A stretch of DNA of 64,000 bases, taken from the NCBI RefSeq assembly GCF_000189555.1, contig NC_017276.1; one strand, 5' to 3'. The notes under the pieces were generated by a model. It searched no databases. It was not told the origin of the DNA and was given only the letters and a program-made list of their open reading frames with translations. Below are positions 23,648 through 34,749 of this stretch, one piece after another (the stretch's first letter is position 1; every line of letters starts with the position of its first letter). Position numbers and translations under genes: made by a program. This DNA comes from Saccharolobus islandicus REY15A. GTDB lineage: Archaea; Thermoproteota; Thermoprotei_A; Sulfolobales; Sulfolobaceae.

Positions 23648-23725
23648 AATCTTAAATATCGATTTTGAGAATTTTAAAATGATCTGTGACGCTCAGCGGA
23701 TCTTCTGATATGGAAGTGATGAATA

Positions 23726-24211
23726 ATGTATTGGGTTAGAAGGAAAACCATAGGAGGTTCTGGATTACCATATACCGAAAACGAGATTTTAGAATGGAGG
23801 AAAGAAGGAGTGAAAAGAGTATTAGTTTTACCAGAGGATTGGGAAATCGAAGAGAGTTGGGGAGATAAGGATTATTATCTGTCTATTCTTAAGAAAAATG
23901 GGCTTCAGCCCTTACATATTCCAATTCAAGATGGGGGAGTTCCATCAGATTCTCAATTTCTTACAATTATGAGATGGCTATTAAGTGAAAAAGAAGGTAA
24001 TCTAGTTCATTGTGTAGGTGGAATAGGAAGGACTGGTACAATTTTAGCTAGTTATCTAATTTTATCTGAAGGATTGGATGTGGAATCTGCTATTAACGAA
24101 GTTAGATTGGTAAGACCTGGTGCAGTACAAACATATGAGCAAGAGATGTTCTTATTACGTGTGGAAGGGATGAGAAAGAGTTGGTTGAAAAACATCTACT
24201 CGAATTCTTAG
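23726..24211 (+). CDS. Dual-specificity/tyrosine protein phosphatase
   Basis: [10 protein letters not shown] (CX5R) and IQDGGVP acid loop. Confidence 0.92.
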   Translation: MYWVRRKTIGGSGLPYTENEILEWRKEGVKRVLVLPEDWEIEESWGDKDYYLSILKKNGLQPLHIPIQDGGVPSDSQFLTIMRWLLSEKEGNLVHCVGGIGRTGTILASYLILSEGLDVESAINEVRLVRPGAVQTYEQEMFLLRVEGMRKSWLKNIYSNS

Positions 24212-24777
24212 AGAAATTGCAATTCCTTATCGCAAAAAACGTTAAAATAAGTCATTACGGAATTGAGAACGTTAAGAAAATCTGTGGGGTTGATATTGCA
24301 TATAAGGGTAATCTAGGATTCTCAGTAGGTGTAAGTATGGATATTAATAGTGGAGATTATAATTACAAATCTTATGTTGGTGAAGTGAATTTCCCATATA
24401 TTCCAGGTTTCCTTTTCATGAGGGAAGCTCCCTTAATGATAAAAGCAATAGAGGGTTTGGATTGTCACCTTCTTTTGGTTGATGGTCATGGGATAGCTCA
24501 TCCTAGGAAAAGCGGAATTGCTGCAGTTATAGGCGTTCTCCTAGACTTCCCAACAATTGGGGTAGCGAAATCTAGGCTTACGGGTGATTTGGTTAATGAA
24601 AGTGAAATTACCTATGTATATCTAAATGGAGAGAAAGTAGGGGTTAAATTCGGTAGATATTTTTATAGTCCAGGAAATAAAGTCGACTTACAAGATTGCA
24701 TTGAACTAGGTAAGAGGGGTTATCCTAAAGTTCTAAAAATAGCTGATATGCTCACTAAGAAGATAAAAAAGGAATAA
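24181..24777 (+). CDS. nfi: Endonuclease V
   Basis: [33 protein letters not shown]. Confidence 0.93.
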   Translation: MVEKHLLEFLEKLQFLIAKNVKISHYGIENVKKICGVDIAYKGNLGFSVGVSMDINSGDYNYKSYVGEVNFPYIPGFLFMREAPLMIKAIEGLDCHLLLVDGHGIAHPRKSGIAAVIGVLLDFPTIGVAKSRLTGDLVNESEITYVYLNGEKVGVKFGRYFYSPGNKVDLQDCIELGKRGYPKVLKIADMLTKKIKKE

Positions 24778-24781
24778 AACT

Positions 24782-25399
24782 GTGCGTGCAGTAAATTTAA
24801 TTATGAAAATTGAAGTACCATCTATTCCCGAGCATAAAGAGGTAATATTAGATCCTACTAATACAGCATTAATAATTGTAGACATGCAAAACGACTTTGT
24901 GAGGAAAAACGGTAAATTATCAGTTCCTACTGCAGAGGCTACTATACCATTTATAAAGAGATTAGTCGATAAGGCAAGAAGTTCCAATGCGTTGGTAATA
25001 TATACACAAGATTGGCACATGAAAGATGACCCAGAATTTAAAATATGGGGAGAGCACGCATTGGCTGGAACTTGGGGTGCAGAAGTAATTGACGAATTAA
25101 CTCCAGAAAAGAGCGATTTCATAGTTAAGAAGTATAGATATGATGCCTTCTTTGAATCCTCATTAGACTATATTCTTAGAGTTAAGAATATCAAAAATAC
25201 CATAATTACTGGGACTGTTGCAAATATTTGCGTATTACACACTGCTGGTAGTGCTGCTTTAAGATGGTATAATGTAATTATGCCAAAGGATTCAATATCT
25301 GCAATAACGGAGTTTGATTATTATGCTACTTTAAGGCAAGTAGACTTTTTATACAAGGGTATAATAACTACTGCAGATGGCATTAAATTTGAGAGGTAG
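24782..25399 (+). CDS. Cysteine hydrolase (isochorismatase/nicotinamidase family)
   Basis: IIVDMQNDF, KYRYDAF, GTVANICV. Confidence 0.9.
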   Translation: MRAVNLIMKIEVPSIPEHKEVILDPTNTALIIVDMQNDFVRKNGKLSVPTAEATIPFIKRLVDKARSSNALVIYTQDWHMKDDPEFKIWGEHALAGTWGAEVIDELTPEKSDFIVKKYRYDAFFESSLDYILRVKNIKNTIITGTVANICVLHTAGSAALRWYNVIMPKDSISAITEFDYYATLRQVDFLYKGIITTADGIKFER

Positions 25400-25407
25400 G
25401 TAAAAAG

Positions 25408-26397
25408 TTGGAATATTATGCAATAGTACATAACGATTTTGATGGAACAGCATCTGCAGCCGTTTACGCTAGGGCAATTAAATCATTACCTAAAAATGTA
25501 TTTTTTACAGAGCCAAACAAATTGCATTCACTTCTAGCTTCATTAGAGTTAAGAGGAGTATATAACGTTATGATAGCAGATTTGGGAATAAATGCCAGTA
25601 CTTTTAATGAAATTATAAGGAATTTGAAAAAACTCATTGACCAAGGTGCTAACGTGGAGTGGTTTGATCATCACGTTTGGAAGGATGAATGGAAAGAGGA
25701 ATTGAAAAAAATCGGCGTTTCAGTATATCACGATACTTCGACATGTGGTGCAGGAGTTATATATAAATATAAGAATCCTAATGATGAGTTTTCTAGGAGA
25801 TTGTCTTCAGCAGACTGTTCAGTTGATATATGGCTTCATGATGATCCAATGGGAGAAAAATTAAGAAGAATAGTTGAGAATAACAAGGATTACTCATGGA
25901 AAAATGAGCTAATAAACATGTTTTATAACGGAATATTGTGGGATGATACATTTGATAAGATGTTAGAGGAAGTAGTTTCCAGAGAGTTAGAGGGTTATAA
26001 AAAAGTAATGAAGAGTTATAAGTTAATACAAATTAACGGTCATAAAGTTGTTGTAGCAGTAAGGTGGAAAGGTCCTCCAGATATAAGCTATGCTTCACAG
26101 TTTTTGATGACTAGAACTGATGCTTCAGTTTTTGTATCAGCAAATGGAAAAAGTATTTCTTTTAGAAGTAAGGAGATTGATGTTAGACAGTTTGCTGTTA
26201 AGTTAGGAGGAGGAGGGCATCCCTTAGCAGCTGGTGCACAACTAAAAGTTCCCATAATATATAGGTTTTTAAATAGGATTGGAATTAAGGGTCCCATGCT
26301 AAATTGGGTTACTAAAATCGTTCAGAATACCATAGCAGACGTTGGTTTCATAACATATCAAGAGAGTAAAAAGAGTAGCGCTTCTTCGCCGTATTAA
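25408..26397 (+). CDS. DHH/DHHA1-family phosphoesterase
   Basis: HNDFDG, DLG, FDHH, GGGGHPLAAG. Confidence 0.9.
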   Translation: MEYYAIVHNDFDGTASAAVYARAIKSLPKNVFFTEPNKLHSLLASLELRGVYNVMIADLGINASTFNEIIRNLKKLIDQGANVEWFDHHVWKDEWKEELKKIGVSVYHDTSTCGAGVIYKYKNPNDEFSRRLSSADCSVDIWLHDDPMGEKLRRIVENNKDYSWKNELINMFYNGILWDDTFDKMLEEVVSRELEGYKKVMKSYKLIQINGHKVVVAVRWKGPPDISYASQFLMTRTDASVFVSANGKSISFRSKEIDVRQFAVKLGGGGHPLAAGAQLKVPIIYRFLNRIGIKGPMLNWVTKIVQNTIADVGFITYQESKKSSASSPY

Positions 26398-27080
26398 AGA
26401 GTGTGGATAGTTATAATTCTCTTATTAGCAGGTAATGCTACATTGTATACTCTAACGCTTTTCACTACTGAGAGTGTTCTTTTTGCGTAATGTGCGTGGC
26501 CATGGATTGCTATATTTGGTAAACAATCTTTTCCCTTAGTTGATAACTCCTCTAAAACTCTATATCCCAAGTGTGGATATACACTTTTTCTTTCACCGAA
26601 TACTGTTTCAAAGGTACTGGCGTAATGAGTTAAAAGAATTTTGATATCTGCCTTAGAGTTGCAACTCATTTCAGTGATTTTTTCTAACCTTTTCATATAA
26701 AGGTCTTCAGTTATCCCGTTGCTTGTTTGCCATAATGTTGGCTTTTCCAGAACTCCTTCACTACCAATTATTATAAGTTTTCTATTCTCTATCTTGATTT
26801 CTACTTTTTCATCCTCTAGCCAAATTATATCGCTATAATTTTCTCTATAAAATTTTCTATTTTCTATAAAATCTTCATTACCAAAAATTGAAACTATTTG
26901 CTTTACTCTATTTTTTAGAGCGTTATATACGGGAGTAAAATGTAGATACTCACCTCTCTCAACTAGATCTCCAGCTAATAATGCTAAATCAGCCTTGATA
27001 TTCCCGAGTTCTCGTAAGGCTAAGAAGAATTCGGTTAAATACCTAGGTGAGTGTATGTCAGAGGTTGATATGATAAGCAT
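26394..27080 (-). CDS. Metallophosphoesterase (calcineurin-like)
   Basis: SDIH, AGDL, GNED, THY, HGHAH. Confidence 0.88.
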   Translation of the reverse strand: MLIISTSDIHSPRYLTEFFLALRELGNIKADLALLAGDLVERGEYLHFTPVYNALKNRVKQIVSIFGNEDFIENRKFYRENYSDIIWLEDEKVEIKIENRKLIIIGSEGVLEKPTLWQTSNGITEDLYMKRLEKITEMSCNSKADIKILLTHYASTFETVFGERKSVYPHLGYRVLEELSTKGKDCLPNIAIHGHAHYAKRTLSVVKSVRVYNVALPANKRIITIHTL

Positions 27081-27115
27081 ATATATATATACCTTATCTT
27101 CAGAACTTATAAAGT

Positions 27116-28255
27116 ATGGAAGTAGAGGGAATAGCTGACTTACCGCTTCATACTGGTCATGTTCCCCCGTGGTTAGTTCCCATTATGAAAAGGTTAGCTA
27201 AGGCCATAGTTGAAATAATGATTCTTGAATTAGGTCCTCAAAAGGTTGTAGAGAGGTTTTCGAATCCCTTGTGGTTTCAAGGTTTCAATAACATTATTGG
27301 AATGGACTGGGATTCCTCTGGCTCTACAACCGTAACATTAGGTATTTTGAAGGACATTACAAACCCTAAAGTTCATGGTTTTGCTGTGCTGGGAGGTAAA
27401 GGCAAAAATGCTCTAAAGGTTCCAGATGAGGTAGATATGTTAATTTTTGATGTAGATAAGAATAAAATTAAAAATATAAGTAAAATAGTAGCAAAAGTTG
27501 ATTCAACCTTGGTTCAAGATGGACATCAACTCTATTATCACACCATGCTTGTAACCGAGGACGGAAAATGGAGCATAATCCAGCAAGGCATGAATTTAGA
27601 AACAAAGTTCGCTAGGAGATATCATTGGAAAGAGACTGATAATTTTGTGGTAGAACCTCATTCTGCAATATCTGGTATTAAGACTAATGTTGTAGTTAAC
27701 GTAATAGATAGAGATAAGGATAGGACAAGGAAGTTAATATTAGATTTGCTGAGGGAGAATCCCAATAAGATAGTCTCCTTATATACTCAAGCGATGGCTA
27801 TGCTTAAAGGTCAATCAACTTTAGACATGTGGATAAAAGGAGGATCGATAGCGTTCGTATCCAAAGAGGCTAGATTAATTTACATGAAGCCCGTGGATGT
27901 TAATAGAATCAAACAAGTACTAAGAGAAATGTATGAATCTAACCCACTTACATTTGAGGAAGCACTAATTAATGGTTTAGGTCCCTCCACAGCTAGGGCG
28001 TTGTACTTAATAGCAGATCTAATATATAACGAGCCGCCATCTTACAAAGACCCGATGAATTATCCTTATGACCCATTTAAGTACGCATTTGCTATTGGAG
28101 GTAAAGATGGTATTCCATATCCAGTTAATAGGAAAGCTGCTTGGGAGGTGATATATACCTTAGAAGATTTTATAACTAGAGCTAAGCTTGAAGAAGGCGA
28201 TAAACGATTAGCCTTAAGGAAGTTAAAAGAACTTTCTAAAGGTATTGAGAAATAA
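27116..28255 (+). CDS. DUF763-family protein
   Basis: ADLPLH.GHVPPWL, MDWDSSGST, QQGMN...ARRYHW; family name from recall. Confidence 0.75.
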   Translation: MEVEGIADLPLHTGHVPPWLVPIMKRLAKAIVEIMILELGPQKVVERFSNPLWFQGFNNIIGMDWDSSGSTTVTLGILKDITNPKVHGFAVLGGKGKNALKVPDEVDMLIFDVDKNKIKNISKIVAKVDSTLVQDGHQLYYHTMLVTEDGKWSIIQQGMNLETKFARRYHWKETDNFVVEPHSAISGIKTNVVVNVIDRDKDRTRKLILDLLRENPNKIVSLYTQAMAMLKGQSTLDMWIKGGSIAFVSKEARLIYMKPVDVNRIKQVLREMYESNPLTFEEALINGLGPSTARALYLIADLIYNEPPSYKDPMNYPYDPFKYAFAIGGKDGIPYPVNRKAAWEVIYTLEDFITRAKLEEGDKRLALRKLKELSKGIEK

Positions 28256-28364
28256 CCAATGAAAGGAAATATAAATCCAGAACGAGAATAGTCGTTAAGT
28301 CAAGTGATCTGAGCTACAAGTAGAAAAGTACTTAAATATAATTGCCTACAATAATGTTTTTAGA

Positions 28365-29027
28365 ATGTTCAAATTAAGGCTAAATAATAAGGAAGAAGAG
28401 GTATTTGAGAGAATTAGCTTTACTGCAGAACTAATAGGTGAAGCAGTTAAGATTTTGCAAAACGAAGTAGATCACGTAAGAAAGGGTGAAAATGACCAAA
28501 TTCCGGCAGATTTAATTAAAATTAAATCTATTCACGAAAGGGCTGGAATGCTACGTGAGGAAATACTTTCAACTCTTTATGGAGAAGCATTTTTACCAGA
28601 CTTTAAGGAATCAATGGTAATGTTGACTCAGGCTCTTTTTAATACTTTGAGTTCTGTAAAAGATGCTGCTAGAGCTTTGGGGTCTAGGAAAGTTGATTTG
28701 AAATGCGTTACAATTCTATCAGATATGTTAATTACGTATCTGGCATTGGTCAATGAGGCATCACTTAAGATTCACGAACTAACGAGGCACCTAGGATCAG
28801 ATGTTGAAGTTTCATTAAAACTAAGTAGGGAAATACAAGCAATGGAAAGAGAAGGGGATGAGATCAAGGACACTCTTTTGCAGAGGCTTTATGAGATAGA
28901 GAAGGAGATTGATATTATAAGTATATTACAAATGAAAGATGTGATTATATTTATAGACGATATATTGGACTCGTTAGAAGATGCGACACTAAGTGTGGAA
29001 GTATTTTATGCTACACTAAAGTCCTAA
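28365..29027 (+). CDS. DUF47/PhoU-like phosphate transport regulator
   Basis: All-helical; EREGDEIK and DSLEDA motifs; convergent with the PiT transporter. Confidence 0.8.
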   Translation: MFKLRLNNKEEEVFERISFTAELIGEAVKILQNEVDHVRKGENDQIPADLIKIKSIHERAGMLREEILSTLYGEAFLPDFKESMVMLTQALFNTLSSVKDAARALGSRKVDLKCVTILSDMLITYLALVNEASLKIHELTRHLGSDVEVSLKLSREIQAMEREGDEIKDTLLQRLYEIEKEIDIISILQMKDVIIFIDDILDSLEDATLSVEVFYATLKS

Positions 29028-30002
29028 TATACTCTTTATTACTCCAAAGATTGCCAATGAGAGTATTATAGCGAAAATTGGGGATGTAGCCCAACTCCTA
29101 AATATCTGTATTACTTGTTTTCTAACATCTGATGTAAAGCTTCTAAAACTAAGCCCTACTATGCCACCAATTATTGTTTGGGTTATCGATAGCGGTATTC
29201 CTAGAATTGTGAAAATTTCATTTATAACATTACTTCCTATTAATGCTGATGATGCACCTAAATATCCTAATTTAGTTATACGAAATCCCACCCTTATTGC
29301 TATTCTTTGACTAGTCAAAACTCCTAATGCAGCAGATATACCGTAAAGAGGTATCACAAGGTATGCTGGAGCAGAGAGTAATGCAGAAGATACTATTATG
29401 CCTATCGCATTAGCCCCAACTATAAATGAGGTAAAGGCTGACGAGAATAGTATAAGGTTTTTATATATTGTAATCTGTTTAATAATACGAGTCTCTGCAC
29501 TTACAACCTTATTTAACGTTAAATATAATAGAAGGGAAAATCCAATTGCGACTATTGGCGAGATAACCCACGAGCTTACTATCACCCAGAATTTTACCCA
29601 GTCTAACTCTATAAATCCATGCGATATTAAGGTTAATATCGCAATTGACGGATAAAACGTTTGACTTAAAGAGGAAGGGATACCTGATTTGTTTAAATAA
29701 TAAAAGGTGATTATTGATGAGGATAATGAGGTAAAAATACCTATAGCCACGTATAAACTATTTCCATACACTACCCCATAAACACTGTGTAACATAGTTA
29801 AACTACCTAATACTACACCAACTAAAATAGAGACCATATTTAATATGTAAGCATATCTTCTTTTTATGGCATTAGTTGCGAACAATATACCTAATGATGT
29901 TGCATTATTATTAGCTCCTATCACGTAACTGGATATTAGCCCTACAATAAATAATAGGTATTCAATAATATTCTGTATTGAGATTATTATTGTGATTACC
30001 AT
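29016..30002 (-). CDS. Inorganic phosphate transporter, PiT family
   Basis: Two signature repeats (IGANNNA and VGANAIG); PSSLSQ and PLSITQ; hydrophobic. Confidence 0.85.
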   Translation of the reverse strand: MVITIIISIQNIIEYLLFIVGLISSYVIGANNNATSLGILFATNAIKRRYAYILNMVSILVGVVLGSLTMLHSVYGVVYGNSLYVAIGIFTSLSSSIITFYYLNKSGIPSSLSQTFYPSIAILTLISHGFIELDWVKFWVIVSSWVISPIVAIGFSLLLYLTLNKVVSAETRIIKQITIYKNLILFSSAFTSFIVGANAIGIIVSSALLSAPAYLVIPLYGISAALGVLTSQRIAIRVGFRITKLGYLGASSALIGSNVINEIFTILGIPLSITQTIIGGIVGLSFRSFTSDVRKQVIQIFRSWATSPIFAIILSLAIFGVIKSILGL

Positions 30003-30192
30003 TTCTTTTCAGATACCCTAAATAGTAGATTATAGCATCTCTTATAAAATCGCTTCTGTTAGTATATCCTAAATTCCTTGCAACATTATCAACTTCTTTT
30101 ATAAATTCGTCCTCCAATTTAAAAGATATCGTCACAGTCCCAGTAATTTCTAACTCAAATGTTTGATCGTCCACCTTTTTCAAAGTCGTCAT
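29962..30192 (-). CDS. Ribbon-helix-helix (CopG/NikR-like) regulator
   Basis: TISFKL...EVDNVA...GYTNRSDFIRDAI; overlaps the start of the PiT gene; start taken as ATG 30192. Confidence 0.8.
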   Translation of the reverse strand: MTTLKKVDDQTFELEITGTVTISFKLEDEFIKEVDNVARNLGYTNRSDFIRDAIIYYLGYLKRNGNHNNNLNTEYY

Positions 30193-30359
30193 GTGAATCA
30201 TAAATAGTATATGATATAAGTACATAAACATTTTGTCTTGTTTTCCAACACTATACTTATATAACTCTATCTACTACAATGAAAAATTTTCAACGTATTT
30301 CTTTACGGAAAATAGGATGATAGTGCTTAAAAACCTTCTGCGAGAAGTAAAATAAGTTT

Positions 30360-32507
30360 ATGAGTTTAGAATTAGAGTGGATGTCAATAGACGACCTAAA
30401 ATTACCTAGTAACGTTATTGATATAATAAAAAATAGGGGTATAAAAAAACTTAACCCACCTCAAACTGAAGCGGTAAAAAAAGGTCTATTAGATGGAAAT
30501 AGACTACTATTGACTTCGCCTACTGGTTCTGGGAAGACATTAATAGCAGAGATGGGAATAATTTCATTTCTTCTAAAAAACGGAGGAAAAGCAATATATG
30601 TGACCCCACTTAGGGCTCTTACGAATGAAAAGTATTTAACTTTTAAGGATTGGGAATCAATAGGTTTTAAAGTGGCTATGACTTCAGGTGATTATGATAC
30701 AGATGATGCTTGGTTGAAGAATTATGATATTATAATCACCACTTATGAAAAGTTAGATTCCCTATGGCGTCATAGACCAGATTGGCTTAATGAGGCTAAT
30801 TATTTCGTATTGGACGAACTACATTACCTTAACGATCCTGAAAGAGGGCCAGTAGTTGAGAGTGTCACAATAAGGGCTAAAAGGAGAAATCTATTGGCAT
30901 TGAGTGCTACAATAAGTAACTATAAGCAAATAGCTAAATGGTTAGGAGCAGAACCAGTGGCAACGAATTGGAGACCAGTTCCCCTCATGGAGGGTGTTAT
31001 GTATCCAGAGAGGAAAAAGAAGGAATATACTATACTTTTCAGAGATAATACTACCAGGAAGGTTCATGGAGATGACGCCATAATAGCTTATACTCTAGAT
31101 AGTCTAAGCAAAAATGGACAAGTTTTAGTTTTTAGGAATTCCAGGAAAATGGCAGAAAGCACAGCATTAAAGATTGCAAATTACATGAATTTTGTAAGTT
31201 TAGATGAGAAAGCCATATCTGAGATTTTAAATCAATTGGATGATATCGAGGAAGGTGGAAGTGATGAAAAAGAGTTACTAAAATCTCTTATAAGTAAGGG
31301 AGTCGCATATCATCACGCTGGACTATCAAAGGCGTTAAGGGATATAATAGAGGAGAGTTTCCGGAAAAGAAAAATAAAGGTAATCGTAGCAACTCCAACC
31401 TTGGCAGCTGGCGTAAATTTACCTGCTAGAACAGTAATAATAGGAGATATTTATCGATTCAATAGGAAGATAGTTGGATATTACGATGAAATTCCAGTTA
31501 TGGAATATAAGCAAATGAGCGGAAGAGCTGGTAGACCTGGTTTTGATCAGATTGGCGAGTCAATAATTGTGGTAAGGGATAAGGAAGACGTAGATCGAGT
31601 ATTTAAGAAATATATACTATCTGATGTTGAACCCATTGAATCTAAACTGGGTAGTGAAAGGGCATTTTACACGTTCTTACTCGGCATACTTTCTGCTGAA
31701 GGTAGTCTGAGTGAAAAACAGCTGGAAGGCTTTGCATATGAATCTCTGCTTGCAAAGTCACTAGTTGACGTTTATTTTGATAGGGCCATAAGGTGGCTAT
31801 CAGAGCATTCTTTTATCAGAGAGGAAAATAATACGTTTACTTTAACTAATTTTGGAAAGAGGGTTGCTGATCTATATATAAATCCATTTACTGCTGACAT
31901 CATAAGAAAGGGGCTTGAGGGACATAAGGCTTCGTGTGAAATAGCTTACCTCCATTTACTAGCGTTTACTCCAGATGGACCATTAGTATCAGTTGGAAGG
32001 AATGAGGAAGAAGAGCTGATTGAATTGCTGGAAGACCTAGAGTGTGAGCTGTTAGTAGAGGAACCTTATGAGGAAGACGAATATTCCCTTTACTTAAATG
32101 CGTTAAAAGTGGCGTTGATAATGAAGGATTGGATAGATGAAGTTGATGAAGATACCATATTGGGTAAATATAACATAGGTTCTGGAGATTTGAGAAATAT
32201 CGTTGAAACTATGGACTGGTTAACCTATAGTGCTTACCATTTATCTAAAGAGTTAAGGTTAGATGATCACAGCGATAAACTTAGGATCTTGAACTTAAGA
32301 GTGACTGATGGTGTAAAGGAAGAGCTATTAGAATTAGTTCAAATAGGTGGTGTAGGTAGGAAGAGAGCTAGATTATTGTACAATAACGGAATTAAAGGAC
32401 TAGGTGATGTTGTAATGAATCCAGATAGAGTTAGGAACTTGTTAGGCCAAAAGCTAGGTGAGAGAGTTGTCCAAGAGGCTGCAAGATTACTTAATAGATT
32501 TCATTAA
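30360..32507 (+). CDS. hel308: SF2 helicase Hel308/Hjm
   Basis: [31 protein letters not shown]-terminal HhH (GGVGRKRA). Confidence 0.95.
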   Translation: MSLELEWMSIDDLKLPSNVIDIIKNRGIKKLNPPQTEAVKKGLLDGNRLLLTSPTGSGKTLIAEMGIISFLLKNGGKAIYVTPLRALTNEKYLTFKDWESIGFKVAMTSGDYDTDDAWLKNYDIIITTYEKLDSLWRHRPDWLNEANYFVLDELHYLNDPERGPVVESVTIRAKRRNLLALSATISNYKQIAKWLGAEPVATNWRPVPLMEGVMYPERKKKEYTILFRDNTTRKVHGDDAIIAYTLDSLSKNGQVLVFRNSRKMAESTALKIANYMNFVSLDEKAISEILNQLDDIEEGGSDEKELLKSLISKGVAYHHAGLSKALRDIIEESFRKRKIKVIVATPTLAAGVNLPARTVIIGDIYRFNRKIVGYYDEIPVMEYKQMSGRAGRPGFDQIGESIIVVRDKEDVDRVFKKYILSDVEPIESKLGSERAFYTFLLGILSAEGSLSEKQLEGFAYESLLAKSLVDVYFDRAIRWLSEHSFIREENNTFTLTNFGKRVADLYINPFTADIIRKGLEGHKASCEIAYLHLLAFTPDGPLVSVGRNEEEELIELLEDLECELLVEEPYEEDEYSLYLNALKVALIMKDWIDEVDEDTILGKYNIGSGDLRNIVETMDWLTYSAYHLSKELRLDDHSDKLRILNLRVTDGVKEELLELVQIGGVGRKRARLLYNNGIKGLGDVVMNPDRVRNLLGQKLGERVVQEAARLLNRFH

Positions 32508-32643
32508 TTTGCCAAACGGAGAAATATTCATTGTAAGGGATGAGTGTAATACATTAAAAAGGCTTAGGCTAATCCTTTTAGCCTTGGGTCAAGAGGTACA
32601 ACTTAACAATTGTGAAGAGTTGATTTGTAGAAAAAAGATTTGA
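32458..32643 (+). CDS. Small hypothetical protein
   Basis: 61-aa ORF overlapping the hel308 3' end and ending flush with the carboxyltransferase stop. Confidence 0.4.
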   Translation: MRELSKRLQDYLIDFINLPNGEIFIVRDECNTLKRLRLILLALGQEVQLNNCEELICRKKI

Positions 32644-34215
32644 TCAGAGAGGTATGTTGCCATGTTTCTTGGGGTATCTGAATTCCCTCTTATTTCTTAA
32701 CATTTCTAATCCTCTAGCTATTACCTTTCTGGTGTCCTTAGGCTCAATGACGTCATCTATTAAACCTTTCTCAGCTGCCCAATAAGGATTAGCGAACAAT
32801 TTCTTGTATTCTGTAATTTTTTGTTTCAAGAGTTCCTCTGGATTTTGAGCACTTTGTATTTCCCTTCTATATAATATTCTAACTGCACCTTCTGGACCAG
32901 TTACAGCTATCTCCGCAGAAGGCCAAGCATAAACTAAATCAGCACCTAAACTTTTAATGCTCATTGCAATATGAGCACCACCATAAGACCTTCTTACAAT
33001 AACCGTAATTTTTGGTACTGTGGCCTCAGCGAATGCGTATAACATTTTAGCACCATGCCTTATTATCCCTTTATACTCTTGGTCCGTCCCTGGAACATAT
33101 CCTGGAGTGTCAACTAAGCTTATTACCGGTATGTTGAACGCATCGCAGAATCTGATAAATCTAGCAGCCTTATCCGCAGCGTCAATATCTATTGCTCCTC
33201 CATAATATGCTGAATTATTTGCGACAATTCCCACAACGTTCCCATTTATCCTTCCAAATCCCACAGTAATATTTTGTGCCCACAATTTGTGAACTTCCAG
33301 GAATTCGCTATTGTCAACTATATTGTATATTAAGTCTCTTATATCAAATGGTTTTACTGAGTCTGTAGGTACAATCGATTCAGCACTCTGCACTGCTCTA
33401 TCAGCAGGATCACCGGTATCAACATATGGAGGTTCTTCCATATTGTTTGAAGGCAAGTAAGACAGTAACCTCTTAGTTATGTTTATTGCATCTTGTTCAT
33501 TTTCAGCCACAAAGTGAACTACTCCAGATTTTGTTGCGTGTATTATTGCACCACCTAGGTCTTGATAACTCACTTCTTCGCCTATTGACACTTTAGTAAT
33601 CTCTGGTCCGGTTACAAACATGTAATATGCGTCTCCTTTTATCATTATTAAGAAGTCAGTAAGAGCAGGAGAGTAGACTGCACCTCCAGCTGCCGGTCCT
33701 GCCATAATGGTAATTTGTGGAATTACTCCAGAGGCCATTACGTTCATCTTGAACACTGCACCATATCCTTCTAGCGATAGTGCACCCTCTTGTATTCTTG
33801 CTCCACCAGAATCGTTTATTCCTATTACTGGAGCACCAACTTTTAGGGCTAGCTCATAAGCTCTAACTATCTTATTTGCATGTGTTTCTCCTAGGCTTCC
33901 TCCGAGTATCGTAAAGTCTTGAGCATAGGCGAAAACTTGTCTACCATCAATTTTTCCCCATCCAGCTATTACTCCATCTCCGTAAAACCTATTCTTATCC
34001 AACCCAAATTCAGTTGCTCTAGTAGTGGCAAAAGTCAATATTTCATTGAACTTTCCTTCATCGAACAGCTGATTTAATCTCTCCCTTGCCGTTAGTTTAC
34101 CTTTACCATGCTGGAAGTTTATCTTCTCTTCTCCTCCACCCTTATATACCTTTTCCTTTAATATTTTCAAATCTTCAATTAATTTATCCATTGAAGGTTT
34201 TTCATATAGAGCCAT
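32644..34215 (-). CDS. pccB: Acetyl/propionyl-CoA carboxylase, carboxyltransferase subunit
   Basis: GKLTARERL, DSGGARIQEG, GPAAGGA, VDTPG, YGGAH, KKHGNIPL. Confidence 0.95.
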   Translation of the reverse strand: MALYEKPSMDKLIEDLKILKEKVYKGGGEEKINFQHGKGKLTARERLNQLFDEGKFNEILTFATTRATEFGLDKNRFYGDGVIAGWGKIDGRQVFAYAQDFTILGGSLGETHANKIVRAYELALKVGAPVIGINDSGGARIQEGALSLEGYGAVFKMNVMASGVIPQITIMAGPAAGGAVYSPALTDFLIMIKGDAYYMFVTGPEITKVSIGEEVSYQDLGGAIIHATKSGVVHFVAENEQDAINITKRLLSYLPSNNMEEPPYVDTGDPADRAVQSAESIVPTDSVKPFDIRDLIYNIVDNSEFLEVHKLWAQNITVGFGRINGNVVGIVANNSAYYGGAIDIDAADKAARFIRFCDAFNIPVISLVDTPGYVPGTDQEYKGIIRHGAKMLYAFAEATVPKITVIVRRSYGGAHIAMSIKSLGADLVYAWPSAEIAVTGPEGAVRILYRREIQSAQNPEELLKQKITEYKKLFANPYWAAEKGLIDDVIEPKDTRKVIARGLEMLRNKREFRYPKKHGNIPL

Positions 34216-34239
34216 TTATCTCACCTCATAACTGTAAAA

Positions 34240-34749
34240 CTATTTTATAACAATTAAAATATCTCCCTTCTTTACACCTTGTCCTTCCTTGATCAGAATT
34301 TTTTGCACGATCCCACCTATTGGCGATGAGATTACCGTTTCTGCCTTCATTGCCTCAATGGATAATAAAGGTTGACCCTTATTTACTGCATCCCCTTCCT
34401 TTACTCTAATTTTAACTACCCTTCCAAATAATGGAGATACAATTTCTCCTTCCTTTCCTCTAATTATTTCCTCAACTCTTTCTTCTCCTTTTATGGGAAT
34501 TTCAGTTACCTTATCTAACCTTAAGAAATCTTGATGGTTGAATATCAAAGTACCATCAGACTCTATGAAAACATAATATTTTTTCCCATTAATCTCAAAT
34601 AAATACTCATTTTCCCTATTGCTTGGTCCTAGATATTTTACCTCATAGTTTTTATCTCCTATTTTTATTTTATCAAGACTGTTGTTGCTCTGTTCATAAG
34701 ATACTAAATACATATCTCCCAATTCGCTATAAAGTCTAAATAACCTCAT
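34240..34749 (-). CDS. accB: Biotin carboxyl carrier protein
   Basis: EAMKA biotinylation motif; start at ATG 34749 overlapping the accC stop. Confidence 0.93.
   Translation of the reverse strand: MRLFRLYSELGDMYLVSYEQSNNSLDKIKIGDKNYEVKYLGPSNRENEYLFEINGKKYYVFIESDGTLIFNHQDFLRLDKVTEIPIKGEERVEEIIRGKEGEIVSPLFGRVVKIRVKEGDAVNKGQPLLSIEAMKAETVISSPIGGIVQKILIKEGQGVKKGDILIVIK

Noticed and set aside
23678-23725. Hairpin GATCTG-TGACGCTCAG-CGGATC followed by CTGA...GTGATGA, resembling C/D boxes
   Set aside because: The boxes are in the wrong order with no terminal D box; it lies in the divergent promoter/5' region of the phosphatase.
28256-28320. Possible C/D-like sRNA after DUF763 (ATGAAAG...CAGA...CTGA)
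   Set aside because: Boxes too degenerate and spacing irregular.
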